Assembly (NCBI GenBank): GCA_963675665.1
Contig: OY776510.1
Location: 1,760,001-1,824,000 of the forward strand
Length of the DNA: 64,000 nt
Source: Spirochaetia bacterium
GTDB lineage: Bacteria > Spirochaetota > Spirochaetia > UBA9216
Direction of reading: 5' to 3'
The translations under genes and the position numbers were made by a program. The notes under the pieces are model-generated. The model did not search any database, had not been told where the DNA came from, and worked only from the letters and a program-made list of their open reading frames with translations. Positions within the stretch are counted from its first letter, which is position 1. Each line of letters begins with the position of its first letter. This document shows, piece by piece, positions 38,387 through 48,974 of this stretch.

Positions 38387-39270
38387 GAAGGCGGAGAAGG
38401 AATACCCTTGTATATATTATTATTCTTGTTGTTCTCGGAATACTTGCGCTGGTAATGATCTATCCAATCTATAACCAACTGGTTATTTCGCTTACCGGTT
38501 CGGAATATATTGCTGAAGCGGACGGAACCACATTGATTCCACGTGATTTTACTATTGATACATATAAACATGTTCTGGCTATTCCCAAAGTTTACCGCGG
38601 TATCCTAAACAGTTTACTGATTACCGGTCTGGGTTTGTTTGTAAATATAGTCCTGTCAAGTATGGGAGCATATGTTTTGATAAACAAGGACCTGGCCGGT
38701 CGTCAGGTTTTCATGACGATGATTGTAATCACAATGATTTTTGAAGCAGGACTTATTCCCGATTATTTTCTGATGAAAGATCTTCACCTGCTGAACAGGT
38801 ACTGGTCGGTTGTTTTGTATAAAGCGGTTAATCCTTATTACCTGATTATACTGATGCGGTTTTTTACCGCTGTTCCGAAATCCCTGATTGAAGCGGCCAG
38901 AATAGACGGATACGGAGATTTTAGGATTTTATTTAAAATCGTAATTCCTATAAGTATTCCCGGAATAGTAACTATCAGCCTCTTTTACGGTGTTTTTCAC
39001 TGGAACGAATATTTCAGAGCCATGATATACCTGACGGATGAAGCTAAATGGCCGTTGCAGGTAATATTGAGAGAATTGATTGTGTCCATGGAAAAGGCCG
39101 CGTTCATAGGCGGAACAAATTTCCAGAGACTTACAGGCGCGGCTGCAATAGATTTTAAAGCTATAAAAGCGTCGCTGATTATTATTGCAATTCTGCCGAT
39201 TCTTGTTTTCTATCCCTTTATCCTGCGTTATTTCGTAAAGGGCCGGACTTCAGGAGCGGTAAAAGAATAG
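38380..39270 (+). CDS. Carbohydrate ABC permease
   Basis: EAARIDG, WNEYF, PLQ, YF.KG...GAVKE. Confidence 0.93.
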   Translation: MVGRRRRNTLVYIIILVVLGILALVMIYPIYNQLVISLTGSEYIAEADGTTLIPRDFTIDTYKHVLAIPKVYRGILNSLLITGLGLFVNIVLSSMGAYVLINKDLAGRQVFMTMIVITMIFEAGLIPDYFLMKDLHLLNRYWSVVLYKAVNPYYLIILMRFFTAVPKSLIEAARIDGYGDFRILFKIVIPISIPGIVTISLFYGVFHWNEYFRAMIYLTDEAKWPLQVILRELIVSMEKAAFIGGTNFQRLTGAAAIDFKAIKASLIIIAILPILVFYPFILRYFVKGRTSGAVKE

Positions 39271-39300
39271 AAAAGTCAACCATATTTCAGGAGGTTACGT

Positions 39301-40707
39301 ATGAAAAAAATTGTAGTAGCGGGATTGATTCTTCTGACAGTGCTTTCCGGTGTTTTTGCCGGAGGGGCCCAGGAAGAAGCCGTTGCCCAGGATGGTGTTA
39401 CTACTATCCGAATTGTCGCCAAGGATTTTCCGGCTTCGGATCCGGCAAACATTGCGCATCTGAGGCAGATCGAAACAGCGTTTGAGTCGTATTCAGGCAA
39501 GAAGATTGCACTGGAACTTGTACCGGTTCCGGAGGGAGCATACTCAGAGAAGGTTAACCTTATGCTGCTTTCCGGTGATATTCCCGATCTGATCTATTTT
39601 CAGGGAGGCGATGATGTAATTGCCAACCAGGGGCTTCTTGTAGACCTTGGCCCGTATGTTGAAAAATCTCCGGTCATGCAGAATGTATTGATGGATTTCA
39701 ACAAACAGAGGCTGGAAAACTATCCTTACCTGCTCTGGCTTGCTCCTCCCCGTGCCCGTACTGCATTGGTAAGAGACGACTGGTTTAAAGAGGCGGGCGG
39801 AAAAATCCCCGTAACGGTTGATGATTATTATAAATTGTTCACAGCAATTAAAAAGAATCATCCTGATGTACCCGTAATGACGGATACAGGCAATACCGAT
39901 CGAATGGATTATACTTTTAACCATGCATTCGGGCTTACGGCAACCTGGGTGAAAGAAAACGGCGGGTATGTTTATAATAAGGTCAGTTCCGGAAGCAGGG
40001 ACAAGCTTGCTTTTTATCAGAAACTTTTTGCCGAAGGTCTTCTGGATTCCGAATACGTTACTACCAAATGGGACACCATGGAAGACAAGTTTTATACCGG
40101 CAGAGTTGCCCTTGTTTACGGTACGGCAGGTATTGTTCTTGACATCTATGGAAACAAGCTGATAGAGACTCAGGGCACTGATGTTGTTGCCCTGCCGCCG
40201 GCAAAAGGTGTAGGCCGGGGATATGCTGTATCATCGGCTAAAGAAACAAGAGGTTGGGCGATAAGTTCCACATCAGAGCATCCGGACCTGGTCTTTGAAC
40301 TGCTTGAGTTTCTTGCTACCGACGAGGGGCAGTATCTTGACAGATACGGTATTGAGGGAACACATTATAATATGGAGAACGGAAAGGTTGTATTTACCGA
40401 CGAAAAAGCAAACTGGTGGCCCCACTTCCATGAAGTAATGAGCTGGGAAGCTCCCACTCCCCTGCTTGGCCCTGCCGGTCTGAAAGGCTGGGAATTTATA
40501 CAGAAATATTCAGTCGGAGATCCGGATTTTCCGATTCCCGAAGAACTGTCTCCAACATGGGATGCTCTTGAGAATCTTTACAAGGAATACAGTTACAAGA
40601 TTATCAGCGGTGAATACGGTATCGACAAATTTGATGAGTTCAAAGCTGAATGGTATAAACTCGGCGGCGATAAGGTAACAGCTTATGCCAATGAAGTTTT
40701 AAAATAA
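39301..40707 (+). CDS. Carbohydrate ABC solute-binding protein
   Basis: Signal ending FAGGAQE; LLSGDIPDL; YGIEGTHY. Confidence 0.9.
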   Translation: MKKIVVAGLILLTVLSGVFAGGAQEEAVAQDGVTTIRIVAKDFPASDPANIAHLRQIETAFESYSGKKIALELVPVPEGAYSEKVNLMLLSGDIPDLIYFQGGDDVIANQGLLVDLGPYVEKSPVMQNVLMDFNKQRLENYPYLLWLAPPRARTALVRDDWFKEAGGKIPVTVDDYYKLFTAIKKNHPDVPVMTDTGNTDRMDYTFNHAFGLTATWVKENGGYVYNKVSSGSRDKLAFYQKLFAEGLLDSEYVTTKWDTMEDKFYTGRVALVYGTAGIVLDIYGNKLIETQGTDVVALPPAKGVGRGYAVSSAKETRGWAISSTSEHPDLVFELLEFLATDEGQYLDRYGIEGTHYNMENGKVVFTDEKANWWPHFHEVMSWEAPTPLLGPAGLKGWEFIQKYSVGDPDFPIPEELSPTWDALENLYKEYSYKIISGEYGIDKFDEFKAEWYKLGGDKVTAYANEVLK

Positions 40708-40728
40708 TTTTTAATTATCAGGAAAAGG

Positions 40729-40754
40729 GCCCGGGAGGAACTCTTCCGGGCTTT
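40729..40754 (+). terminator. Stem-loop after SBP gene
   Basis: GCCCGGGAGG-AACT-CTTCCGGGC followed by TTT. Confidence 0.6.
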
Positions 40755-40775
40755 AATTTACGGAGGTGAAAATCA

Positions 40776-42872
40776 GTGGATCCGAAACTATACCTTGAGA
40801 AGGTTTACGGAGGACTGATCGGTAAATGCGCCGGCGTAAGACTCGGCGCTCCTGTTGAACCCACCATATGGACTTACGAGCGAATCAGGGAAACATACGG
40901 GGAGATTACCGGTTACATCAAAGACTATAAAAACTTCGCAGCAGATGATGATATAAACGGACCGCTTTTTTTTATCAGAACTCTTATAGACCACCCGGGG
41001 CCGGTAACGCCCCTGAATGTCGGAAGAGCCTGGCTGAATTATACACGTGAGGGGATTGGCTTTTATTGGTGGGGCGGGTACGGCCGAAGTACCGAACATA
41101 CCGCGTATCTGAATCTCAAGGATGGTATTGATGCTCCCGAATCAGGCAGTATAAAAATAAACGGGGAAACCATCGCCGAACAGATAGGCGGACAGATATT
41201 TATTGATTCGTGGGGTTGGGTTATTCCGGACAACCCCGGTGAAGCTGCGCGCCACGCGGCTATGGCCGCTTCGGTAGGACACGACCGCAACGGTATTTAC
41301 GGCGCTAAATTTATTGCAGCCTGTATTTCACTGGCTTTCTCGGACATGGACATATCGCGGATAATCGACAGGGCTTTAACTGAAATACCCCCTGAATCCG
41401 AATACGCGCGGGTTGTCAAAGCCGTAAGGGATTATCACAGTTTTTCGCCGGACGACTGGCGCGGCGCACGGCAGTTTCTCGAAGTAAACTTCGGTTATGA
41501 TCGTTATGGCGGAGTCTGCCATATTATTCCAAACGCCGGTGTTTGTGCGCTTGCCCTGTATTACGGGAACGGCGATTTTTCCCGTACCATCGAGATTGCA
41601 ACGATGTGCGGCTGGGACACCGACTGTAATGCCGGCAATACCGGCGCCATTTTGGGTGTGCTTGCAGGGCCCCGCGGTATTCCGGAACGATACAGAAGGC
41701 CAATCAATGACTGGCATGCCGCAAGCTCAATATCGGGTGCTTTAAACAATATAAACCTGCCTTCCGCAAGCCGCGAGCTGGCTGTTTTGGGATTAAGACT
41801 GAAAGGAGAAAGTGTTCCCGAAGAATGGCTGGACGGCTGTTTCAGCGATGATATTGTGCTTGATTTTTCTCTTCCCGGAGCTACAGCCGGGATAAGGACC
41901 AGTTCCAGTTACCTTGCCCCGATATCCCCCGGCCGGGACTTTTACTCGGACGGCGGGCTGGTAATACTGCTGGACCGGCTGGTAAGGGGCGATACGGCGC
42001 GAATCTTTTATAAGCCCTTTTATCAGCGTGAAGATTTTGATGACGAGCGCTATAAACCGACATTTACTCCGACTGCATTTCCCGGCCAGCAGTTTCTAAT
42101 AAAAGGCAGGGTTTCCCGGATAAGCGGACAGCGAATTGCCTTGGCGCCTTATGTTGCGGATGCGAAAACAAAAAAAATAATTCAGGGAGAATATATCTTT
42201 CCGGATGATAAAGATGATTTTGAATTTAACTGGGTGCTGCCCGGAGTCCCTTTTGCAATTAGTGAAACCGGACTGCTGGCAACCAATTTCGATAGTGAAA
42301 AATACCTGGGAAAGATTGTACTTGATGAATTTTCGGTTTCAGGCAAGCGTGAATTCGATATACAATTTGCCGATGAATCCGAGGCCTTCCAGGGTTTGTC
42401 GCGTTGTTCGGCAGTCGGCGGATACTGGGCTGTAGAGGACGGATCTTTGCATGTAATAACCCGGGATGAGTTCCTGCTGTTTGCAGGGCCTTACTATACC
42501 GCAGACAGCGAGATCTCCGCCGAACTTGTTCCTGAATACGGCGAAAGCCACTTACTTTCATTCAGGTCCCGCGGAGCTGAATACGGTTACTTTTTCGGCC
42601 TTCACGGCGGCAACAGAGTTGCGCTGCTTAAAAAAGACGGTGATGTAGCCGTGTTGTCTGAGCAGGATTTTAAATGGCAGCCGGGAGGCAACTATACTCT
42701 TGAAGTGTCAGCGGTAACTTCTGAAGAAGGATTGATTATTACATGCGGCATAAACGGCACCGGATTAATAAAACATATCGATAAGACTCCGCATCCCTAT
42801 GGAATGGCCGGGCTCGGCAAAATCAAACCGGGAAGAACCCGGTTTGTTAATCTTCATGTCAGGGAGCTGTAG
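40776..42872 (+). CDS. Large ADP-ribosylglycohydrolase family protein with C-terminal beta-rich domains
   Basis: G.RLGAPVE, ADDD, IGGQIF, GWDTDCNAG. Confidence 0.88.
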   Translation: MDPKLYLEKVYGGLIGKCAGVRLGAPVEPTIWTYERIRETYGEITGYIKDYKNFAADDDINGPLFFIRTLIDHPGPVTPLNVGRAWLNYTREGIGFYWWGGYGRSTEHTAYLNLKDGIDAPESGSIKINGETIAEQIGGQIFIDSWGWVIPDNPGEAARHAAMAASVGHDRNGIYGAKFIAACISLAFSDMDISRIIDRALTEIPPESEYARVVKAVRDYHSFSPDDWRGARQFLEVNFGYDRYGGVCHIIPNAGVCALALYYGNGDFSRTIEIATMCGWDTDCNAGNTGAILGVLAGPRGIPERYRRPINDWHAASSISGALNNINLPSASRELAVLGLRLKGESVPEEWLDGCFSDDIVLDFSLPGATAGIRTSSSYLAPISPGRDFYSDGGLVILLDRLVRGDTARIFYKPFYQREDFDDERYKPTFTPTAFPGQQFLIKGRVSRISGQRIALAPYVADAKTKKIIQGEYIFPDDKDDFEFNWVLPGVPFAISETGLLATNFDSEKYLGKIVLDEFSVSGKREFDIQFADESEAFQGLSRCSAVGGYWAVEDGSLHVITRDEFLLFAGPYYTADSEISAELVPEYGESHLLSFRSRGAEYGYFFGLHGGNRVALLKKDGDVAVLSEQDFKWQPGGNYTLEVSAVTSEEGLIITCGINGTGLIKHIDKTPHPYGMAGLGKIKPGRTRFVNLHVREL

Positions 42873-42881
42873 TATAGCTGT

Positions 42882-43148
42882 ATGAAAGCCGCGGCAGGGA
42901 AGACCGAAAAGGGAGATTCTCTGGTTACAGTATACCGAAGCAACTCTGATGAATGCAAAGTAACAATAAATTCGCCCGTAAGAGAGATGTTTAAAGAACT
43001 TCAGGATAATGCTGTTTATACGGCACTTGAAGAAACCGGGGCTGAAGGTCTGACTGTTGAAGTAAATGATTATCAGGCTCTTGATTTTGTGCTGACGGCC
43101 AGGGTAAAGGCTGCATTGTTCCGCCTCCGGGAAAAGGAAGAAGGATGA
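42882..43148 (+). CDS. citD: Citrate lyase acyl carrier protein (gamma)-like
   Basis: AG..E.GD, S.V...F, D..ALD.V..AR; canonical Ser replaced by Lys. Confidence 0.8.
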   Translation: MKAAAGKTEKGDSLVTVYRSNSDECKVTINSPVREMFKELQDNAVYTALEETGAEGLTVEVNDYQALDFVLTARVKAALFRLREKEEG

Positions 43149-44005
43149 GAAGCTGGCTTTATGTACCTGCCGACAGGCCTAAAATGATTATCAATGCAGG
43201 AATTTACGGTGCGGACGGGATTGTCTTTGATCTTGAAGATTCGACTGGCGCCGGGGAGAAAGATGAAGCCCGGATACTTGTTGCCGAGGTATTCAGGCGT
43301 TATGATTTTTCGCCGGGCGCAGAAAGGCCTTCCGTGTTGTGCGTTCGCATAAACGGCCTTGACTCCGGGTTGTGGCGCGAGGACCTTGAATCGCTTATAC
43401 CGGCCGGAGTCAGACTGATAAGGATTCCTAAAGTAGAAAGCCGTGAGCACGTTCTTGAGGTTTGCGGGCTCCTGGAAAAGCTTGAGGCGGCTGAAGATCT
43501 GGTTCCCGGTGCGGTAAAAATTCAGGCAATTCTGGAAACACCGAAAGGCGTAGAGAATGTTTTTAACATTGCGGATGCCTCGCCGAGGCTTTCCGGCCTG
43601 AGTTTCGGCGCCGAGGATTTCTGTGCTTCCGCAGGTCTTGACCGATCAGGACCGGCATACATTCTTGATTATCCAAGAAGCAGAATTGCCAACGGCGCTG
43701 CAGCCGCAGGTATTGAAGCCTGGGACACAGTCTGGTCGAATTATACCGATCTGCAGGGCCTCCGCGAAGATGCCCTGCGTGCACGGAATCTCGGATTTTC
43801 CGGAAAATCGGTCATACACCCGGATCAGATAGAAATTGTAAACAGTATCTTCGCCCCGACAGAAGTGCAGATTGAATGGGCCAAAAAAATCCTGTCTGCG
43901 GCTTCGGATGAATCCGGGGTTTTCGGGGTTGACGGTATGATGGTGGATGCTCCCGTTATTGCGAGGGCCAGGCGGATACTCGGCAGCGGAGAAGCCGATG
44001 TCTGA
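43145..44005 (+). CDS. citE: Citryl-CoA lyase (beta) / CitE family
   Basis: RSWLYVP, FDLEDS, VRIN, PK, LET, GAEDF, GKSVIHP. Confidence 0.92.
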   Translation: MRSWLYVPADRPKMIINAGIYGADGIVFDLEDSTGAGEKDEARILVAEVFRRYDFSPGAERPSVLCVRINGLDSGLWREDLESLIPAGVRLIRIPKVESREHVLEVCGLLEKLEAAEDLVPGAVKIQAILETPKGVENVFNIADASPRLSGLSFGAEDFCASAGLDRSGPAYILDYPRSRIANGAAAAGIEAWDTVWSNYTDLQGLREDALRARNLGFSGKSVIHPDQIEIVNSIFAPTEVQIEWAKKILSAASDESGVFGVDGMMVDAPVIARARRILGSGEADV

Positions 44006-45398
44006 ACGGCCGAAGAGTTTAAAAGAAGCTGTCGGCGCTTCCGGTCTTAAAAACGGAAGCCGAATAAGTTTTCATCACCATCTGAGACTCGGTGACAGGG
44101 TTGTGGAACAGGTACTGATGTTGCTCGGTTCCATGGGGTTTAAAAACCTGACGCTTTGTGTTTCTTCATTGATGGGCAGTTCATGCGAAGCTGTGCTTGA
44201 AGCGATAAAGTCCGGCGTAGTCTGTGCAATCGAAACAACAGGCTTGAAAGAACCTGTCGCATCAGCAATGCTTGAAGGCCTTATTCCCAATCCTGTTATT
44301 TTCCGGAGCCACGGCGGCAGGGCCAAAGCGATTGCGTCCGGCCGTATAAAAATAGATGTCGCTTTTATAGCTGTTTCGGCTGTGGACAGGGCCGGAAATG
44401 CAAACGGGACTGACGGGCCGAACCGTTTCGGTTCATTAGGGTATGCTCTTGTCGACGCCGATTATGCAGCGCATGTAATTCTTGTCAGCGATTATATTTC
44501 CGAAGCGCCCCTCGGGATGATAAGCATTCCGGCGGAAAAAGCCGATCAGATAGTCATGGTAGACTCCATTGGCGACAGGGCGGGAATTTTCGGGGGGTCC
44601 ATCAGAATCTCGAGCAGTCCCGTTGAACATCTGATTGCGCGCAGGGCTTTATCTGTTCTTGACGCATCGGGAGTGATAAAACATGGATTTGCCTTTCAGG
44701 CCGGAAGCGGGGGCGTCAGCCTTCTTGTTTCACGGATGGTATCTGATCTGATGCGTACCAGGGGTATTACAGGAGAATTTGCCGCCGGCGGGGCAACCGG
44801 TACTCTGTCGGAATTGTTAAAGGAGGGGCTGTTCAGGCGACTGTATGATGTGCAGAGTTTTGACGATGAAGCTGCGCTGTCGTTAAAAAGTAACCCCAAT
44901 CACATCGAGATGAGCGCGTCTCTCTATGCCGACCCGGACAACCCGGACTGTATCGCGCATAAACTTGACGTAATGATTCTTTCCGCCACAGAGGTGGATT
45001 ATGATTTTAATATTAATTCAATAACCGGCAGCAACGGACGTATTCTCGGAGCTCTCGGCGGAGCCCCCGATACAGCAGCCGGCGCCGGCCTGACTGTTGT
45101 TGTTCTGCCGTCCTTTCGAAATCGTATTCCGACGGTAAGAAACCGGGTTCATACAATCTGTACTCCCGGGAAAACAGTAGACGTTATCGTTACCGAAAGA
45201 GGTATCTGTATAAATCCGGAGCGTCCTGATATTGTTGAAGCTGCTGACAGGGCCGGGATTCAGGTTGTTTCCCCGGAAAATCTGAGCCGTCTGGTATGCA
45301 AAATTACCGGTGTTCCGGATTATCCCGTGAAAGGAAAAAAACTTGCAGGGATTGTTGAATACCGGGACGGTTCTATTCTTGACAGAATATTCATTTGA
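43998..45398 (+). CDS. citF: Citrate lyase alpha subunit (CoA transferase)
   Basis: SFHHHLR.GD, RSHGGR, GSLGYA, QAGSGG, DVQSFD, VIVTERG, VEYRDG. Confidence 0.92.
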   Translation: MSERPKSLKEAVGASGLKNGSRISFHHHLRLGDRVVEQVLMLLGSMGFKNLTLCVSSLMGSSCEAVLEAIKSGVVCAIETTGLKEPVASAMLEGLIPNPVIFRSHGGRAKAIASGRIKIDVAFIAVSAVDRAGNANGTDGPNRFGSLGYALVDADYAAHVILVSDYISEAPLGMISIPAEKADQIVMVDSIGDRAGIFGGSIRISSSPVEHLIARRALSVLDASGVIKHGFAFQAGSGGVSLLVSRMVSDLMRTRGITGEFAAGGATGTLSELLKEGLFRRLYDVQSFDDEAALSLKSNPNHIEMSASLYADPDNPDCIAHKLDVMILSATEVDYDFNINSITGSNGRILGALGGAPDTAAGAGLTVVVLPSFRNRIPTVRNRVHTICTPGKTVDVIVTERGICINPERPDIVEAADRAGIQVVSPENLSRLVCKITGVPDYPVKGKKLAGIVEYRDGSILDRIFI

Positions 45399-45442
45399 CT
45401 GCCGTAGTTGATAATATCCACCCTTTATAATAATATTCAATC

Positions 45443-46231
45443 ATGCAGAGAATAGGTTTCTTGGGAGCCGGAAACATGGCTTTTGCCATAGCCGGAGCGA
45501 TCTCGGAAAAGTTTGATGATGTAGTCATAGTCCCTTATGATATAGCGGAAGAGCGGATTAAATTATTCGCAGCAAGTTTCAGAAATGTTGAGCCGGTTTC
45601 AGACCCTGCCGATTTTGCGGACAGGTGCGACGTGCTTTTCCTGTCGGTAAAACCGCAGATGATGAAAGACGCAATAGCGCCTCTTTCCGGATTCAGCGGA
45701 TTGGCGATTTCGATAGCAGCCGGCCTTAAGATTACATTTTATGAAGAGCTGATGCCTGATGCGCGTATAATAAGGGTTATGCCGAACACGCCCTGTCTTG
45801 TAGGGGAGATGGCTGCAGGCTATGCCGCAGGCCGAAGCGTAACGGATAAGGACATGGCTGTTGCAGAAAGGCTTTTAAAAGCCGCCGGGACAGCCGTGGT
45901 TGTAGACGAATCCAGAATTGATGCAGTGACGGGCGTTTCCGGTTCCGGGCCGGCATATTTTGCCCGGATTGTCGAGGCTTTTATTGAAGCCGGTATTAAA
46001 GGCGGCCTGTCTTCGGAGCTGTCGCGTGAACTGGCTCTGCAGACAATGAGAGGCACCGCTGCATTGCTTCAGCAGAAGAATATGAGTCCCGAAGAGCTGG
46101 TAAAGATGGTCAGTTCGCCGAACGGCACAACCGTCGCCGGGCGGGAAGTGCTCGAAGCATCGGATTACAGGGAAGTTATAGGCCGTACCGTGGCCAGAAC
46201 AATAGAGCGAAGCAGGGAGCTTGGAAAATGA
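45443..46231 (+). CDS. proC: Pyrroline-5-carboxylate reductase
   Basis: GAGNM, VKPQ, RVMPNTP, SGSGPAY, SPNGTT. Confidence 0.96.
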   Translation: MQRIGFLGAGNMAFAIAGAISEKFDDVVIVPYDIAEERIKLFAASFRNVEPVSDPADFADRCDVLFLSVKPQMMKDAIAPLSGFSGLAISIAAGLKITFYEELMPDARIIRVMPNTPCLVGEMAAGYAAGRSVTDKDMAVAERLLKAAGTAVVVDESRIDAVTGVSGSGPAYFARIVEAFIEAGIKGGLSSELSRELALQTMRGTAALLQQKNMSPEELVKMVSSPNGTTVAGREVLEASDYREVIGRTVARTIERSRELGK

Positions 46232-47505
46232 ATTTAAGCGTACGGACAAGAAAGCTGAAGGAATCTTCATACCGTCTTGCAGCAGTCAGTGGAAAATTAA
46301 GAAACGAAGCACTTCTGAAAACTGCAGCTGCGCTGCGCAGTAATGCTGATCTGATAATTGGTGAAAACAAAAAGGACCTCGAAAACGCAGAGAAGCAGCA
46401 GCTTGCTTATGCACTGGTTAAGCGGCTTTCGATCAATGAATCAAAGCTTGATCAGATGGCCTCAGGACTGGAATCTCTGGCAAACCTTCCGGATCCGCTC
46501 GGTAAAACATCACTGAAGCGCGAACTTGACAAGGGTCTGGTTCTTGAGCGGATAAGCGTGCCGATTGGCCTTATAGGGGTTATTTTTGAGTCGAGGCCCG
46601 ACGCGCTTGTCCAGATTGCCGGGCTCTGCATTAAAAGCGGCAATACGGTTATTCTCAAGGGCGGTTCGGAAGCGCTGAATTCCAACCGGATTCTTTCCGA
46701 ACTGATTGTCGACGCGGTTGAAGCGGTATCAGATGATTTTCGCGACACAATAATGCTGGTTGAAAGCCGCGAAGACATAAATACTCTGCTCGGGTTCGAT
46801 CAGTATATAGATCTGATGATACCGAGGGGATCGAACGCTCTTGTTCGTTATATAATGGACAACACAAAGATTCCCGTTATGGGACATTCCGACGGCATCT
46901 GCCATATGTATGTTGATGAAAATTTTGAGCTTGAGCAGGGTCTTGAGTTAATCCGGGATGCGAAATGTCAGTATCCGGCAGTTTGCAACGCTATCGAAAC
47001 GCTGCTTGTTCATGAGAAATCGGCTGAAAAGCTGATTCCGCTGCTGCCCGGAAAGATGCCTGAAGTCAGGCTGCTCGGCGATGAGCGGACCTGTGAACTG
47101 ATAGATGCGGCACCGGCCTCCGATGAAGACTGGGATACCGAATACAATGATCTGGTATTGTCAGTCAGGGTGGTCGGCGGGCTTGCCGAAGCTGTTGATT
47201 TTATAAACCTGCACGGCAGCCATCATACCGATTGCATACTGACGACGGATGAAGAAAACGCAAGGTTTTTCATGATGAACGTAGATTCAAGCTCGGTGAT
47301 GAAAAACTGTTCAACCCGCTTTGCCGACGGTTTCAGGTACGGTTTCGGCGCCGAGGTGGGGATATCCACCGGCAAGATACACGCCCGCGGCCCGGTGGGG
47401 CTTGAGGGGCTGACCATATATAAATATTTTCTTAACGGCGAAGGACACACGGTAAAACCATATGCCGACGGCGATAAGGAATTTACTCATAAGGATATGC
47501 AATGA
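46228..47505 (+). CDS. proA: Gamma-glutamyl phosphate reductase
   Basis: FESRP, LKGGSEA, PRG, CNAIET, STRFADG, HARGP. Confidence 0.97.
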   Translation: MNLSVRTRKLKESSYRLAAVSGKLRNEALLKTAAALRSNADLIIGENKKDLENAEKQQLAYALVKRLSINESKLDQMASGLESLANLPDPLGKTSLKRELDKGLVLERISVPIGLIGVIFESRPDALVQIAGLCIKSGNTVILKGGSEALNSNRILSELIVDAVEAVSDDFRDTIMLVESREDINTLLGFDQYIDLMIPRGSNALVRYIMDNTKIPVMGHSDGICHMYVDENFELEQGLELIRDAKCQYPAVCNAIETLLVHEKSAEKLIPLLPGKMPEVRLLGDERTCELIDAAPASDEDWDTEYNDLVLSVRVVGGLAEAVDFINLHGSHHTDCILTTDEENARFFMMNVDSSSVMKNCSTRFADGFRYGFGAEVGISTGKIHARGPVGLEGLTIYKYFLNGEGHTVKPYADGDKEFTHKDMQ

Positions 47506-48275
47506 AGCTTTTGGTCAAAATAGGCTCGGCATTAATCAGCCGTGACAACAGAATAGATTATAACTGGCTCAAGGACAAGGTTAATGAACTTGCGGCGCTC
47601 TACCGCGAAGGGGTGAAGCTGATAATTGTCAGTTCGGGGGCAGTTGCCGCCGGCATGGAGATACGAAGCCTCAGAACACGCCCGACCGATACGGTAAGCC
47701 TTCAGATGCTTTCGGGAATGGGACAGGTCCGGCTCAGTAAATATTACAAGGATCTCTTCAAGGAAAAATACATCTTCACGGCGCAGTTGCTTCTGACTCA
47801 TCATAATTTCGATAACGAATCTGAAGTGGGCGCGATAATTGAAATCCTGAACCGCTGCCTAGACGAGGGCGTAATACCGATTATTAATGAGAACGACATG
47901 GTCAACAAGGAAGAGTTTGATTCGGAGGGAAATTTTACCGACAACGATATTCTTGCGGCCTTTGTCGCTTCATCGGTTAAGGTCGACAAAGCCCTTATCC
48001 TGACGAATGTCGACGGGCTTTATGCAGAGAATCCGCATAACGGCGGGAATGACAAGCCGAAGCTGATCACCCGCGTTGAGAAGATAGATGATAATATTAA
48101 ATCAATGGCGGCAGACGGTAAAAGCGGTCTGGGCCTCGGAGGTATGAAGTCGAAAGTCCTTGCCGCAGAAATGATAACCGGGGCCGGGATCGAAACGATT
48201 GTAGCGAACGGTAATTATTCAATAATTGATATCCTTGAAAACAAAGCGCCCGCGACAGTATTTACTGTGTTATAG
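47502..48275 (+). CDS. proB: Glutamate 5-kinase (no PUA domain)
   Basis: VKIGS, SSGAVAAG, PIINEND, DND, GGMKSK. Confidence 0.95.
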   Translation: MKLLVKIGSALISRDNRIDYNWLKDKVNELAALYREGVKLIIVSSGAVAAGMEIRSLRTRPTDTVSLQMLSGMGQVRLSKYYKDLFKEKYIFTAQLLLTHHNFDNESEVGAIIEILNRCLDEGVIPIINENDMVNKEEFDSEGNFTDNDILAAFVASSVKVDKALILTNVDGLYAENPHNGGNDKPKLITRVEKIDDNIKSMAADGKSGLGLGGMKSKVLAAEMITGAGIETIVANGNYSIIDILENKAPATVFTVL

Positions 48276-48291
48276 TAAAAACGGAGTGTTT

Positions 48292-48966
48292 ATGAAAAAG
48301 TTATCTTTATTTATTGCAGTTCTGTCGGTGCTTCCGGTGCTGTTGTTTGCCGGAGGGAAAACTGAAGTTTCCGGTGTTCCGGCTATGGTAGACGGGGTAA
48401 TCGAATATCTTGAAGGTTCTGTTACTGTAAATAATGAGACTGCGGATTTCGGGATGAAAATTCCTTACGGGGCAATCGTAAAAACAGGTCCTGAATCGTA
48501 CTGTGAAATAGTATTCGACAGCAAGAACATTTTCAGGGTAATGGAGTCAACGGTTGCAACAATTAAGCTTTCGGTTAATGACCCGGAAATACTGATAGAG
48601 AAGGGAGCTTTAGGCGCTTTTTTTGCCAAACTTGATTCTTTTACAAGCGATGAACCCTTTAAAATCAGGACACAAACAACCCTTGCAGGGATAAGGGGCA
48701 CCGCTTTTTTTGTAAAGGCTGTTGATGCTGAAACTACATATGTCTGTATATGCAACGGAGAAATTGAACTGTCCGAAACCGACGGGAGCAATTCTGCTGA
48801 TTTCAGTTCGGGCCATCACAAGGCGGCATGGTACCGGGGAAAAGAAGGCGACATTGAAATCAGCAGCGCACCGCTGCTGTACCATAATGATGAAGATATG
48901 AATAAGCTGGCTGATCGGATAGGCGAAAAAATCCCCTGGGATGACAACTATAATACGGAGTACTGA
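48292..48966 (+). CDS. FecR-domain exported protein
   Basis: Signal peptide, VKTGPES, AGIRGTAF. Confidence 0.8.
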   Translation: MKKLSLFIAVLSVLPVLLFAGGKTEVSGVPAMVDGVIEYLEGSVTVNNETADFGMKIPYGAIVKTGPESYCEIVFDSKNIFRVMESTVATIKLSVNDPEILIEKGALGAFFAKLDSFTSDEPFKIRTQTTLAGIRGTAFFVKAVDAETTYVCICNGEIELSETDGSNSADFSSGHHKAAWYRGKEGDIEISSAPLLYHNDEDMNKLADRIGEKIPWDDNYNTEY

Positions 48967-48974
48967 TATATCGC

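Noticed and set aside
47502-48275. proB as a truncated pseudogene
   Set aside because: PUA-less glutamate 5-kinases are a normal form and the catalytic motifs are intact
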